A stretch of DNA of 64,000 bases from an uncultured Gemmatimonadaceae bacterium (GCA_963817955.1 CAWFQK010000004.1:832001-896000), one strand, 5' to 3'. Positions 8,753 to 18,842 are shown, numbered from the stretch's first letter. The notes: generated by a model from the letters alone, not told the origin. Program-made: numbers and translations.

Positions 8753-10284
8753 ACGCGGCTCGTCAAGTCGCTCACGTCGCCGCGAAGGACGTGCGCGATT
8801 CCGCAGGGTCGCTCGCCGGCTACTGGGCGGTCGTCATGCTCGTGACGCTCAACGCGCGCGCATGGCGTCCGGACTCGGAATTTCTCGCCGGCTCGTCGAT
8901 CTACCTGATCGTGCTTTATGGAATAGTCATCGCGGCCTCATTCGTACTTGCTGACTCTCCCACGCGCCCCGGTGCGTACTGGACATCCAAACCGCTCGCA
9001 CCGTTCGCCGTGCTCGCCGCAAAGTGGCTGGTGATCGTCGTCGCCGTGCTAACGCCGCCGGTAGTGGGCCAATATGCCGCACTGCACGCGCGCGGATTGT
9101 CCGGCGACCACCTCGGCTATTATCTGCTGCGGTCCGCGCTCACGTACGCCGCCTGGCTCCTTGCCGCGATGACCGTGGCGGCGATCTCACGTTCGTTGCG
9201 CGCCTTTCTTTTCACGGTAGTCCTCGTTCCGATCGGCGCGGTGATCGCGGCTGCTGCGTGGGGGGCGATATCGATCAACGAGTCGAATCTGCTCACGCGA
9301 TCGCTGGTCGTCGTGGGATTCGGTGGCTCCGTGGCGGTTTTGGTCGGGCTGTATCAACGGCGCGACGCCAGTCGTGCGTGGCGCAGTTGTGCGACCGCAG
9401 TGGCGGTCGCCGGTCTCGTGTGCCACATCGGTGTCCCCGATCTCGATGTCACCGCCATCGACTCTGAGCCTTCGCGACCGGTGGGCGCATCCGCATCGGT
9501 GATGACGGCGACGTTTCGCGACTACGCGCACCCTTTCTCGATCACCGTTCAGGCGAACACCACTGGGGCCGAGCAACTCGTGTCGGTATCCGACGAATCG
9601 CTCGTGTTCATGTTCCACGGAGGCGACAGTCTCGTGATGCCGCTCAGCGGGCGAAGGATCGTGCTCGCGGCGCCGCCGCCGTCCCTCGAATCGCCGTGGC
9701 AGTGGCGGCGTCCCGCTCCGTCCATGCCGATCGGTGCGACGCAATTCGACATCGAGCTCGACTCGGCGCAGCACGCGGCCGTGGTAGCGCACGTGGTCGA
9801 TTCGCTCGTTCTTCAGGGACGCGGCGCCGCGTGGGACGCGCACACCATCGCCGAGGTGCCGGCGCGGACTGGAGCGATGGCCGTCGGCGAAGGCGATCGT
9901 GTAACGGTCCTGACCGTCGGGCGACGGGACGCTGACGTGTTCGCCGACGTCCGGACGTCGGCCCTCTCACGTTCGATCGTCGACAGCCCCGGGGACCAGG
10001 GACTCTCGTTCACACGGGCCGCATTGGTCAACCTCGACACGCGCGAAGCAATCTCCCTCGAGCCGCAGTCGACCTCGTCCGGCACCACATCCCTGGTGCT
10101 CTCGTCGCCCCAGATACATGGCGACTCGACGCATTTCCGTAGTCCGATCGCGACGCCGAACGGCGAAGGGTTTGGCCCACGGGACGCATGGTTTACTCAT
10201 TCTCACTTACTGATCATCGGCTGGCATTGGCGCAGCAGCTTTTCGTGGCGTATCTCTGTCGGTCCGGCCAGGACTCGGCCTTAG
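8749..10284 (+). CDS. ABC-2-like membrane protein with large extracytoplasmic domain (paralog 2)
   Basis: Shares motifs with the previous gene (HVAAKDVRD; LADSP...WTSKPL..AK). Confidence 0.75.
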   Translation: MNAARQVAHVAAKDVRDSAGSLAGYWAVVMLVTLNARAWRPDSEFLAGSSIYLIVLYGIVIAASFVLADSPTRPGAYWTSKPLAPFAVLAAKWLVIVVAVLTPPVVGQYAALHARGLSGDHLGYYLLRSALTYAAWLLAAMTVAAISRSLRAFLFTVVLVPIGAVIAAAAWGAISINESNLLTRSLVVVGFGGSVAVLVGLYQRRDASRAWRSCATAVAVAGLVCHIGVPDLDVTAIDSEPSRPVGASASVMTATFRDYAHPFSITVQANTTGAEQLVSVSDESLVFMFHGGDSLVMPLSGRRIVLAAPPPSLESPWQWRRPAPSMPIGATQFDIELDSAQHAAVVAHVVDSLVLQGRGAAWDAHTIAEVPARTGAMAVGEGDRVTVLTVGRRDADVFADVRTSALSRSIVDSPGDQGLSFTRAALVNLDTREAISLEPQSTSSGTTSLVLSSPQIHGDSTHFRSPIATPNGEGFGPRDAWFTHSHLLIIGWHWRSSFSWRISVGPARTRP

Positions 10285-10407
10285 CGCGGGCGACCCCTTC
10301 GAGGGACCTCCAGGGCGAATGCCGGGTACGCAGCGCAGCTGCAACGCTCGAATCAGCGAAACCGGCCGCGGCCTTGCCATTGTGAGAGACACGAGGAACC
10401 CATCCCG

Positions 10408-13002
10408 ATGAAGCTGCACCAGTGCCTTGCCAGCCTGCTGCTGTGCGTCTGCCCGGCCGTCGTCGCGGCGCAGTCGCGGCCCGCTCCGCGGCGCCAGCCG
10501 CTCACACCGGAGCTCGAGCGTTCGGCATTCGCCGACTCGGCTGCCCGAGTGATTCTGCATCGCGCACGCGCCGCGCGTCTGACGCAAGACTCGGCGCTGC
10601 GCGGCTACGATGCCAAGACCTTTCTTCGCTTCTCGGTTGCGATGGGCGTGCGCCTGGCGCCAGACAAGCTGCTCATGCGTGCCGAGCAGGCGGCACACGT
10701 GCGTTGGACGCGCGGTTCCGGCGTCTGGGTCGAGCCGACTGCGCGGCGTACCGGCGTACCGATGGGCGCCGGTGACATGGACATGAGCGCCGCGACGCCA
10801 ATTCCCTATTTCCCCGGCCGCGAATCGCTCTGGATTCCGTCGAGCAGGATGGGCGTCGTCAACGCGGAGGTGAATGAGAAGGAGTTCATTCATCCGCTCG
10901 CGACCGGCGCCGAGGCGTACTACCGGTACGAAAGTGGTGGAGCGGTGAACATCACGCTGCCAAACGGACACGCGATTGCGCTGCGGGAGCTGCGCATCAC
11001 GGCGCGCCGGCCCGACTGGCATGCCTTCGTCGGGTCATTCTGGTTCGACGCCGACGGCGGCAATCTCGTACGAGCGGCCTACCGCATGTCGACGGAGCTC
11101 GACCTTTGGCAAATGTCCCGGGACGACTGGCGCCGTCAGATGCAGGAAGCCGAGGCGAAGGCCAAGTCCGATACGGCGGCGGTCTCGGCGGCTGCCCGCA
11201 AGGAGATCGAGCGGCTCAAGATGGGAGTGCTCCAGAAGCTCGGCGCCAAGACGACCGAAGGCATTTTCAGCCCGGCGAAGGCGAATCTCTCCGCGGTCAC
11301 CGTCGAATACGGGTTGTACGAAGGGCGCTTCTGGCTGCCCAAGCTGAATGTCGCGGAAGGCGAGATACGAGTCGGATTCGTCCATCTTCCAGTGCGCTGG
11401 CAGGAAGCTTTCGACTACAACAGTGTGAACGGCGCCGACGCGCTATCGCCGATGCCCGTTCGTGCACAGGGCGCGCACGCCGACAGCGACACGCTGTACG
11501 TCGGCGGCGGAAGCATCAGCATCGGCACCGACATGCCACGGCGTGGCGGCTCGATCGACACGATGGCCATGCGCGCGCGCGAGGATTCCGTCATTCGGGT
11601 ATCCTCACGCCGTGCCGATAGCTTGCAGCGCGTCGCGGACAGCCTGCGAGCGGCGGGCGCCGATACGGCGAGACTCAACCGTGTGCTCCGTCGGGCAACA
11701 CGCAATCGCGCGGCCGTTCGGCAGATCGAGCGGCGGCGCGAGGGCTGCGCACACGACAGCACGTATTACGCAGGCACGGCCTCGCGGTACAACGGCGCGC
11801 TCCACACGGCGATTCACCTGCCCTGCGATCCGAACAAGCTTGCCACCTCGTCCGATCTCCCGGGCTCGATCTACGACAATGGCGAGCAGCTGTTCGGCAC
11901 CACGGAGCGCGACGAGATGCTCAAGGCGCTCGACCTCGATCTACAGCCGGGTTGGGGACCGCAGTGGCCCACGTGGCATTCGGGCACCGATCTCATTCGA
12001 TACAATCGCGTCGAGGGATTGTCAGTTGGGCTGTCCGCAACATCATCGCTGGGCCTCGGCTACACCGCGCAGGCTATCGGGCGGATCGGAACCGCCGATC
12101 ACTCGCCCAATGGCGAGCTGTCCCTCTCGCGATCCAACGGTCGTCAAACGCTCAATGGCGCCGTGTTCCGCCGGCTCGGCGTCGCGAATGACGATTGGGG
12201 GCAACCACTCTCGTTCAGCGCCTCGCTGTCCAATCTGTTGTACGCGCGCGACGAAGGATTCTACTACCGCACCTGGGGCGCGGAGCTCGGCGGCACTCGT
12301 GACGCGCCCGGGCCCTTGACCGGTGCGAAACTGTCGTGGCGCGCCTTTGCCGAACGCCAAAGCAGCGCCGGCGTGACGCCGAACACGCAGGGATCGCTCG
12401 CACACGCGTTCAGCGGCACGAACTTCGTCGACAACATCGATGCCACAAAGCTTACGACGTTTGGCGTGAGTACCGACCTGTCGCGCACCTTCGGCGAGGA
12501 TCCGGACCGCATGCGGCTTTTCGCGCGCGCGCGAGTCGAAGGAGCGCTGACCAACCGCTCTGATTCCGTCGGGACGGCGGGCTACGGCCGATTCGTTCTC
12601 GACGCGACGGCCACGCATCACATCGGTGGATTCGATGCGTCACTGACGGGCGCCGGTGGTATTGCCGCCGGTGATTTGCCGATTCAACGCGCGTTCTTCA
12701 TCGGCGGCATGCAAACGGTGCGTGGCGAATACGCGCGTCTGGCCGGTGCTGGACGTGTCGGCGATGCGTTCTGGCTGGGCCGGCTGGAGACCGGGCCACA
12801 CGTGCCTGGCTTTCGTCCGGTCGCCTTTTACGACATCGGATGGGCGGGAGGCCGCGGCGATTTCACGCACGAGAGCCGGCCGCTGCAAGGTGCCGGCGTC
12901 GGTCTCTCGATGCTCGACGGCATGTTACGGATCGACGCGGCCCGTGGGCTCTGGCCCGAACGGAACTGGCGTTGGGGCGTGTATCTCGGCTCGCGGTTCT
13001 GA
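10408..13002 (+). CDS. Exported outer-membrane beta-barrel protein (DUF5686/Omp85-like)
   Basis: Signal peptide; RYNRVEGLSVG; amphipathic strands; TVRGE loop; C-terminal YLGSRF. Confidence 0.65.
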   Translation: MKLHQCLASLLLCVCPAVVAAQSRPAPRRQPLTPELERSAFADSAARVILHRARAARLTQDSALRGYDAKTFLRFSVAMGVRLAPDKLLMRAEQAAHVRWTRGSGVWVEPTARRTGVPMGAGDMDMSAATPIPYFPGRESLWIPSSRMGVVNAEVNEKEFIHPLATGAEAYYRYESGGAVNITLPNGHAIALRELRITARRPDWHAFVGSFWFDADGGNLVRAAYRMSTELDLWQMSRDDWRRQMQEAEAKAKSDTAAVSAAARKEIERLKMGVLQKLGAKTTEGIFSPAKANLSAVTVEYGLYEGRFWLPKLNVAEGEIRVGFVHLPVRWQEAFDYNSVNGADALSPMPVRAQGAHADSDTLYVGGGSISIGTDMPRRGGSIDTMAMRAREDSVIRVSSRRADSLQRVADSLRAAGADTARLNRVLRRATRNRAAVRQIERRREGCAHDSTYYAGTASRYNGALHTAIHLPCDPNKLATSSDLPGSIYDNGEQLFGTTERDEMLKALDLDLQPGWGPQWPTWHSGTDLIRYNRVEGLSVGLSATSSLGLGYTAQAIGRIGTADHSPNGELSLSRSNGRQTLNGAVFRRLGVANDDWGQPLSFSASLSNLLYARDEGFYYRTWGAELGGTRDAPGPLTGAKLSWRAFAERQSSAGVTPNTQGSLAHAFSGTNFVDNIDATKLTTFGVSTDLSRTFGEDPDRMRLFARARVEGALTNRSDSVGTAGYGRFVLDATATHHIGGFDASLTGAGGIAAGDLPIQRAFFIGGMQTVRGEYARLAGAGRVGDAFWLGRLETGPHVPGFRPVAFYDIGWAGGRGDFTHESRPLQGAGVGLSMLDGMLRIDAARGLWPERNWRWGVYLGSRF

Positions 13003-13036
13003 TCGGAGCCCGGGGCGACTCGATCGCCGGATTCGG

Positions 13037-13705
13037 TCACGACACCGGTGCACAGTGATCGCAGCAGGCCTCGCCGCGTAGCCCCTTCAAGCCTTCGCGC
13101 ACGATGATGGGCGTCATCGCGAGCGCCGCCACGGGATCGGCCCACCACAAACCGAAGCACGCATTCAGCGCGACCCCTGAGAGCGCGATCACTGACAGGT
13201 ACGCGCAGAGCGAACTCTGTGCGGCGTCTGCTTCCAGCGCGCGACTCGACAGTCCCCGCGCGACCTGGCGCTTGTAATGCGCCAGGAGCGGCATGACCAC
13301 GACGGACATCACGAGAACTATGATGCCGACGACGCTCGGCTCCGGCCGCTCCCGGAGCCACAGCGTCTGTCCGCTGTCGTAGAGCACGTACGCGGCGAGA
13401 GCCAGGAAGCTCCAGCCGATCACTCGCACCGTTATCCCCTCGGCGCGCTCACGGCGAGTCGGGTCGATGTCGGCCCGCAATCGCCATTGCGCGGCGGCGG
13501 CGGCGGTCACCTCGATCGCACTGTCAAAGCCGAAGCCGACGAGAGCGACGCTTCCGGCGAGGAAACCAGCCAGGATCGAGGCGACCGCCTCGAGCGTGTT
13601 GTAGCCGATGGTCGCATAGTTGAGCCAGAGCCCTCGATTGACGAGACGCTCGCGTTCTTCGGCGGACAGCGCGGCGGCGGTCGCTCCGGTTTGCGAAGAC
13701 GTCAT
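13037..13705 (-). CDS. Cation efflux (CDF-like) transporter, TM domain only
   Basis: YNTLEA, GSVALVGFGFDSAIE, ADAAQSSLCAYLS, WWADPVAAL; Cys/His tail CCDHC. Confidence 0.85.
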   Translation of the reverse strand: MTSSQTGATAAALSAEERERLVNRGLWLNYATIGYNTLEAVASILAGFLAGSVALVGFGFDSAIEVTAAAAAQWRLRADIDPTRRERAEGITVRVIGWSFLALAAYVLYDSGQTLWLRERPEPSVVGIIVLVMSVVVMPLLAHYKRQVARGLSSRALEADAAQSSLCAYLSVIALSGVALNACFGLWWADPVAALAMTPIIVREGLKGLRGEACCDHCAPVS

Positions 13706-13836
13706 TCTCACTCCGACGGAGAGTTTGGCGGTGGCTGGGGGCGCTGCGTGTGTAACAAACCTCCCGACGCGCGCTGACGCGAGTCCGGACCGCCACGCCG
13801 CTCCCGGATCAGGCATACACCGTGGATTGCAATCGG

Positions 13837-13865
13837 TTGGCAGACAGCGTTCGCTGTGGCATCTT
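13837..13865 (+). promoter_or_regulatory. Candidate sigma70 promoter of tRNA-Ser
   Basis: TTGGCA-17 bp-CATCTT. Confidence 0.45.
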
Positions 13866-13897
13866 TCTCAGCCGGCGTTGCCGAGCAACGTCTATTG

Positions 13898-13984
13898 GGG
13901 CAGGTGGCCGAGCGGTTGAAGGCACTGGTCTTGAAAACCAGCGGGCGCGCGAGCGTCTCGTGGGTTCGAATCCCACCCTGCCCG
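13898..13984 (+). tRNA. tRNA-Ser(TGA)
   Basis: Acceptor GGGCAGG/CCTGCCC, anticodon arm CTGGT-CT TGA AA-ACCAG, long variable arm, GGTTCGAATCC, G discriminator; CCA not encoded. Confidence 0.97.
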
Positions 13985-14042
13985 TGCAGTGCGTCATAAA
14001 GCCAGCACCCACCCGTCGTCGGCGGTACGAATCGACGCAGTC

Positions 14043-14069
14043 AACACTCGACTGACTCGCGTCGTCATA
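14043..14069 (+). promoter_or_regulatory. Candidate ECF-type promoter (AAC-N17-CGTC)
   Basis: tcAAC at 14041-14045 and CGTCATA at 14063-14069, directly upstream of the sigma core. Confidence 0.5.
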
Positions 14070-14081
14070 CGTTACAGCAGC

Positions 14082-14711
14082 CTGACTTCGGCGGAGCTCG
14101 CAATCCTCACCGACAGCGACGAATCAAACCTCAACGAACTGGTCGCGCGCGCCCGCGAAGGCAGTGACGTCGCCTTCGACGCGCTCGCGTCGCGTGTGCG
14201 TGACCGAGTTCGTGGCTGGGCACGGCGTCTCACTGTGGATCATGACGACGCCGAGGACGTAGCACAGCTCGTGCTGTTGCGCCTGCATCAGCAGGTCACG
14301 GCGTTTGAGGGGCGGAGCCGCTTCACGACGTGGCTCTATGCCGTCACGACGCGAGTGGCGCTCTCGCGGCGTGCGAAGCAACGGCGACGAGAGCGTCTGA
14401 CGGAAGGTCGCGCCCATGAGCTGACGGCCGCGGTGGCAGCGGATCCCGTCCCGGGCGATGACGCATTCGCAGGCGATTCAGACGCAGTCCGCCTGGCCTT
14501 GCTCGTCCCGTCGTATCTCGACGTGCTGAGTGGCCGTGAACGGGAGATCTTTGAACTTGGCGACTTACGAGGATTCAATTCCACGGAGATCGCCGAACGA
14601 CTCGGCGTCAAGGCGGTCACCGTGCGGACGCAATTGATGAGAGCGCGACGCAAGATTCGTCTTCGGATGCTCGAAGAACATCCGGCGCTATTGGAGGGCT
14701 ATAACGCATGA
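14082..14711 (+). CDS. ECF RNA polymerase sigma factor (start uncertain: CTG 14082 or GTG 13989)
   Basis: DAEDVAQ, FEGRSRFTTWLYAV, region 4 EIAERLGVKAVTVRTQLMRARRK. Confidence 0.9.
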   Translation: MTSAELAILTDSDESNLNELVARAREGSDVAFDALASRVRDRVRGWARRLTVDHDDAEDVAQLVLLRLHQQVTAFEGRSRFTTWLYAVTTRVALSRRAKQRRRERLTEGRAHELTAAVAADPVPGDDAFAGDSDAVRLALLVPSYLDVLSGREREIFELGDLRGFNSTEIAERLGVKAVTVRTQLMRARRKIRLRMLEEHPALLEGYNA

Positions 14712-15379
14712 AATGCTCAGCGATGTTGACGCTCTTGCTCGAGGCCGAACGAGCGGAGCTCGAGGGAATCGGAAGTTCGACCGTGGCGGCTCATGTACGC
14801 GAATGCGCGGCCTGCCGGGCAGTCGCATCTCGGTTGCTCACGGACACGTCGACGCTCGCGGCGCATGTCCGCGCTCGGGGAGTCCAGCTACGCTCGGCAG
14901 CGCCAGCGACGGCGAGGCGGACACCCAAGCTCGCACACGTTGCCCTCTGGGGGGGCGCGATCGCGGCTACGGCTGCCACTGTGCTGCTCCTCACGCTGGA
15001 GCGGCGCGCACCCGACGCAACACACCCGAGCGTAGCGACGGTCAAACCGGCGTTGCCGGCATCGAGCGTGGCAATGTGGCCGGAGGCGACCCGACCATCG
15101 AAACCGGTCGGTGCGTCATCACCGTCGAAACCACCCCGCCCGTCCTCACCGTCGAGACCAGCCCTTGCGACCCCACCGAGCGGTCTGGTCCCGGTGCAGG
15201 CGAAGCGTTTCCCCGATGCAGTCGCTGCAACACCCGTGCAATTCATCGCGTCTCAACCCGTGGAACAGCCGATGCGACCTTCCGACTCAACAGGCGTATC
15301 CGTCACTCCACCTGCCGGCACACGTTCCCTCGTACTGGCTACCAGGGATCCGAAGATCACCGTCGTTTGGTTGTATTAG
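14708..15379 (+). CDS. Zinc-finger (zf-HC2/ZAS) anti-sigma factor with TM helix and Pro-rich tail
   Basis: MKC...HVRECAACR motif, one TM segment, ATGA overlap with the sigma gene. Confidence 0.8.
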   Translation: MKCSAMLTLLLEAERAELEGIGSSTVAAHVRECAACRAVASRLLTDTSTLAAHVRARGVQLRSAAPATARRTPKLAHVALWGGAIAATAATVLLLTLERRAPDATHPSVATVKPALPASSVAMWPEATRPSKPVGASSPSKPPRPSSPSRPALATPPSGLVPVQAKRFPDAVAATPVQFIASQPVEQPMRPSDSTGVSVTPPAGTRSLVLATRDPKITVVWLY

Positions 15380-15401
15380 CGACCACAGAAAGGACTTTCA
15401 T

Positions 15402-16142
15402 ATGAGCACTCGATTTATTCGTGCGGCATTGCTTGCCTGTGTCGTGCTAGGCTCCTCGCGTCTGAGCGCGCAGGCGGACCAGGATCCGCAAGTCGTTCGG
15501 ACCTTTCCGCTCAAGTACCTCTCAAACAGTGATGCGGCGAAACTGGTGTCGCCGTACGTACAACTCACCTCGTTTGCAGCAGGCGTGTTCGAAGCTGGCG
15601 ATGCCGTGCACGCCATTACCGTACGGGCGCTACCACCGGTCCTGGTCCGTGTCGACAGCCTCTTGAAAGCCAACGACCGCCCGCGCCCGAACGTTGTCTT
15701 CCAGCTGCAACTGATCGCCGCCAGTGACTCGGCGGTGCACGATTCAGGCATTGCGCCGTTGGACGCGGAACTGCACAATCTCTTTCGATTCAAGGGCTAT
15801 CGACTGCTGTCGCAGAACACGGCGTGGACGAGTGAAGGAGGGACCTTCTCGACTACCATGCGCGGCGACGACGGCGATGTCATTTCTGTGTCGGGCACGT
15901 TGCGAAGCGTTCGGCGGGACGATCCGCAGACAGTGCAATTGGCGGTCGACTTGCGTCATGTATCTCGTCAGATCGACATGCTGAACGGTGGGAAGATGAC
16001 CGCCGAGGTGAATCGTCCGTTGCTGAGTACGGACCTGACCATTCCGATAGGCCAGACCGTGGTGGTCGGAAGCGCCATATCCGGGTGGTCGGCCCAGGCG
16101 ATCATTCTCACCGTTCGACCGGAGCTTCGAGCGAAGCCGTAA
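15402..16142 (+). CDS. Exported protein with Secretin_N (NolW-like) domain
   Basis: Signal peptide; RTFPLKYL...AAKLVSPY...ITVRA.P..LVRVDSLLKANDRP; C-terminal TDLTIPIGQTVVVG. Confidence 0.6.
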   Translation: MSTRFIRAALLACVVLGSSRLSAQADQDPQVVRTFPLKYLSNSDAAKLVSPYVQLTSFAAGVFEAGDAVHAITVRALPPVLVRVDSLLKANDRPRPNVVFQLQLIAASDSAVHDSGIAPLDAELHNLFRFKGYRLLSQNTAWTSEGGTFSTTMRGDDGDVISVSGTLRSVRRDDPQTVQLAVDLRHVSRQIDMLNGGKMTAEVNRPLLSTDLTIPIGQTVVVGSAISGWSAQAIILTVRPELRAKP

Positions 16143-16277
16143 GGGGCGATGCGGACAGGTGGTCTGTTGATCCGCTGGCCGAAAACCCGACCCCCGACGG
16201 CCGGGCAGCGACGAGGACGCCCTGTGCGTAAGTTACGCGTACTCCCTTTCATTCGGACGCCAGCGAAGGAGACCACC

Positions 16278-16829
16278 ATGATTCGCCGTAATCTGCTGCT
16301 CGCCAGCTTGCTCGTTCTTCCATCGGTCGCCGTCGCTCAGCGGGGCGGACGCGTGCACCCCGATGGCCATACGTCGAACGATGAAATCACGCCCAAAGGG
16401 CCCGCGTTACGCGTGCGCGACCTCGAGGACGCCAGCCCACTCAAGCTGATCATCGACAAGCGGAAAGACCTCAAGCTCAACGATGCGCAGCTCTCGCAGA
16501 TGAAGGACGCCGAGAAGAAGATGAAGGAAAAGACCGACCCGCAGTTGAAGGCGATCGACTCCACGCTGCATGAGATGCGGCCGCCGGTCGGCACACCGTC
16601 CGACGAAGACAAGGTGCGCCTGCGGAATGCGCGCGAAGGGGTGAGCACCGCACTCGGCGGCTTGAACACCACCTACGAAGCCGCCGCGAAAGAAGCTATT
16701 GCGCTGCTCGATCCGGACCAGCAGGCCAAGGCCACGGAGCTGGTGACCAAACAGCGCGACGAGACGGCCAAGATGATTCGCGAGAAGTTGAGTGGCGGCG
16801 AGCGCCGCGGTGGCGGCGAGCATCCGTAG
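16278..16829 (+). CDS. Periplasmic helical protein (Spy/CpxP-like)
   Basis: AAGGAG RBS; signal peptide; LKLNDAQ and LLDPDQQ (LTxxQ-like) motifs. Confidence 0.6.
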   Translation: MIRRNLLLASLLVLPSVAVAQRGGRVHPDGHTSNDEITPKGPALRVRDLEDASPLKLIIDKRKDLKLNDAQLSQMKDAEKKMKEKTDPQLKAIDSTLHEMRPPVGTPSDEDKVRLRNAREGVSTALGGLNTTYEAAAKEAIALLDPDQQAKATELVTKQRDETAKMIREKLSGGERRGGGEHP

Positions 16830-16848
16830 GCCACGCCAATGCAGGCCG

Positions 16849-18741
16849 TCAGCGATAGCCGGCGGCCTGCATCGCAAACAGCTCGGCATACAATCCGTTG
16901 CGCGCCACGAGTGCCTCGTGGGTGCCCTGCTCCACGATCTCGCCGCGTGTGAGCACGACGATGCGGTCCGCCATGCGCACCGTGGAGAACCGGTGTGAGA
17001 TGACGATGGCCATCCGGCCCGCCATCAATGCGTTGAACCGCACGAACACGTCATATTCGGCACGGGCATCGAGCGCGGCGGTCGGCTCGTCCAGAATGAG
17101 GAGCTGCGCGTCGCGCATGTAGGCACGCGCCAGTGCCACCTTCTGCCACTCGCCGCCCGACAGGTCCACCCCACCGTCAAAGCGTCGCCCGAGCATCTGG
17201 CGATAGGCGCCGGGAAACTGCGGCAGCAATGACGACGCAAGCGATTTCTCCGCCGCGCCCGCGATGAGTGCCGGTGGCGCCCCGTCGCCTGGCGCCGGTT
17301 CCGCATCGAGGTAGGCACGCACGGGCTCGACTTCGCCGACTCCGACGTTCTCGTCAAAGCGCATGTCGTAGCGCACGAAGTCCTGAAAGATCACGCCGAT
17401 GGCCTGGCGCACTTCGGCGAGATCATACTCGCGCAGATCGATGCCATCGAGCAGAATGCGACCTTCGCTCGGGTCGTACAGCCGCGCAATGAGTTTGGTG
17501 AGCGTCGTCTTCCCCGCGCCGTTCTCCCCGACGAGTGCGACCCGTTCGCCCGGATGAATCGCGAAGCTGAGGTGACGAACCGCCCACCGCTCGCTGCCGG
17601 GATAGCGAAACCCCACATTTTCGAAGACAAACCCCTCGCGCACCGGCCGCGGCACGTGCCGCGCATCAGGTCGATTGCCGATCGCCGGCTGCATGTCGAA
17701 GAAGTCGAACAGATCCTTCAGGTACAGACTCTGCTCATAGATGCTGCTCGCTGACATGAGCAAGCTCTGAATCAGATCGCGGCTCTGGCGAAACGACGCG
17801 GCAAGGAACGTCAACATTCCAATGGTGATCGATCCACCGACGGCACGCAGCAGGATGACGACGTAGGCCGCGTAATAGCCGGCCGTGCCAAGCAGCGACA
17901 GCCCGGAGCTGACCACCGCCTTGCGGACGGCGAGCGCGCGGTTCTCGTCGTAGAATCGGTCCGACAGGGCGCGATACCGCCCAATCAGCCACGGGGCGAG
18001 CCCAAACAGCTGCACTTCCTTCGCGGTTCGGTCGCTGGCGCCGACGAATCGCACGTAATCGAGCTGCCGCCGTTGTGGCGTCCAGCGAAAGAGCAGCGAG
18101 TACGACAGACCGGCGAAGTGCGTCTCGCCCAGAAAGCTCGGGAGCACCGCCACCACGAGCAGCACCAGCAGCCAGGGCGCCTGCGCCGCGAGCGCCACGC
18201 TCAACGACATCAGGGTGAGGAAGCTCTGGCCAATACCGAGCAACTGGCTCAGCAGCGCGACGCGGCCCGTCGTTCCCTGCCGGGCACGCTCGAGATGATC
18301 GTAAAACGTGGGATCCTCGAACTGATGCAGGTCGAGCGTCGCCGCGTGTTCCATGATCCGGATGCTGATCCGATTGGTGAACAGGTCGCCGAGCAGTCCT
18401 TCGACCAGCCCCGACGCCCGGGCGAGCAGTTCGCCGCCGACGACCGTCCCCATCTCGATGGCCACGAGCAGCCAGAGATGGCGCGTCGATCCACCGGTGC
18501 GCGCGAGGCCGATGACCGCGTCGATGATCAGCTTTGCGACCCACAGGTTCGTGACCGGCACCACGGACCGAACCAGCCGTAGCGCGACCATGATGCCGGT
18601 GAACGCCGGCTGCGTCTCCCACACGAGCCGAACGAGCCGCGGCACGAGGCGCATCGCGGCGATCCGGTCGCGCAGTTTGGGCGGCGGCGCATTGGGATCC
18701 CGCCGTGGTCGTTTGCCGCCCACCACCATCACATGGGTCAT
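16849..18741 (-). CDS. ABC exporter, fused permease/ATPase
   Basis: TM domain; GENGAGKTT, LSGGEWQ, LILDEPT, ISHR. Confidence 0.92.
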   Translation of the reverse strand: MTHVMVVGGKRPRRDPNAPPPKLRDRIAAMRLVPRLVRLVWETQPAFTGIMVALRLVRSVVPVTNLWVAKLIIDAVIGLARTGGSTRHLWLLVAIEMGTVVGGELLARASGLVEGLLGDLFTNRISIRIMEHAATLDLHQFEDPTFYDHLERARQGTTGRVALLSQLLGIGQSFLTLMSLSVALAAQAPWLLVLLVVAVLPSFLGETHFAGLSYSLLFRWTPQRRQLDYVRFVGASDRTAKEVQLFGLAPWLIGRYRALSDRFYDENRALAVRKAVVSSGLSLLGTAGYYAAYVVILLRAVGGSITIGMLTFLAASFRQSRDLIQSLLMSASSIYEQSLYLKDLFDFFDMQPAIGNRPDARHVPRPVREGFVFENVGFRYPGSERWAVRHLSFAIHPGERVALVGENGAGKTTLTKLIARLYDPSEGRILLDGIDLREYDLAEVRQAIGVIFQDFVRYDMRFDENVGVGEVEPVRAYLDAEPAPGDGAPPALIAGAAEKSLASSLLPQFPGAYRQMLGRRFDGGVDLSGGEWQKVALARAYMRDAQLLILDEPTAALDARAEYDVFVRFNALMAGRMAIVISHRFSTVRMADRIVVLTRGEIVEQGTHEALVARNGLYAELFAMQAAGYR

Positions 18742-18842
18742 TGCCGTAAGCTACAGACGGCGCGGGTCGCAAACCGCCAACCGCCTCATGCCCACACACT
18801 TGTGCGGACTCCGTCGCGGCCGATACATTGGATGGACGTTGT

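Noticed and set aside
16170..16215. Hairpin with GAAAA upstream of the Spy-like gene as a c-di-GMP riboswitch
   Set aside because: The second stem and tetraloop-receptor consensus are absent.
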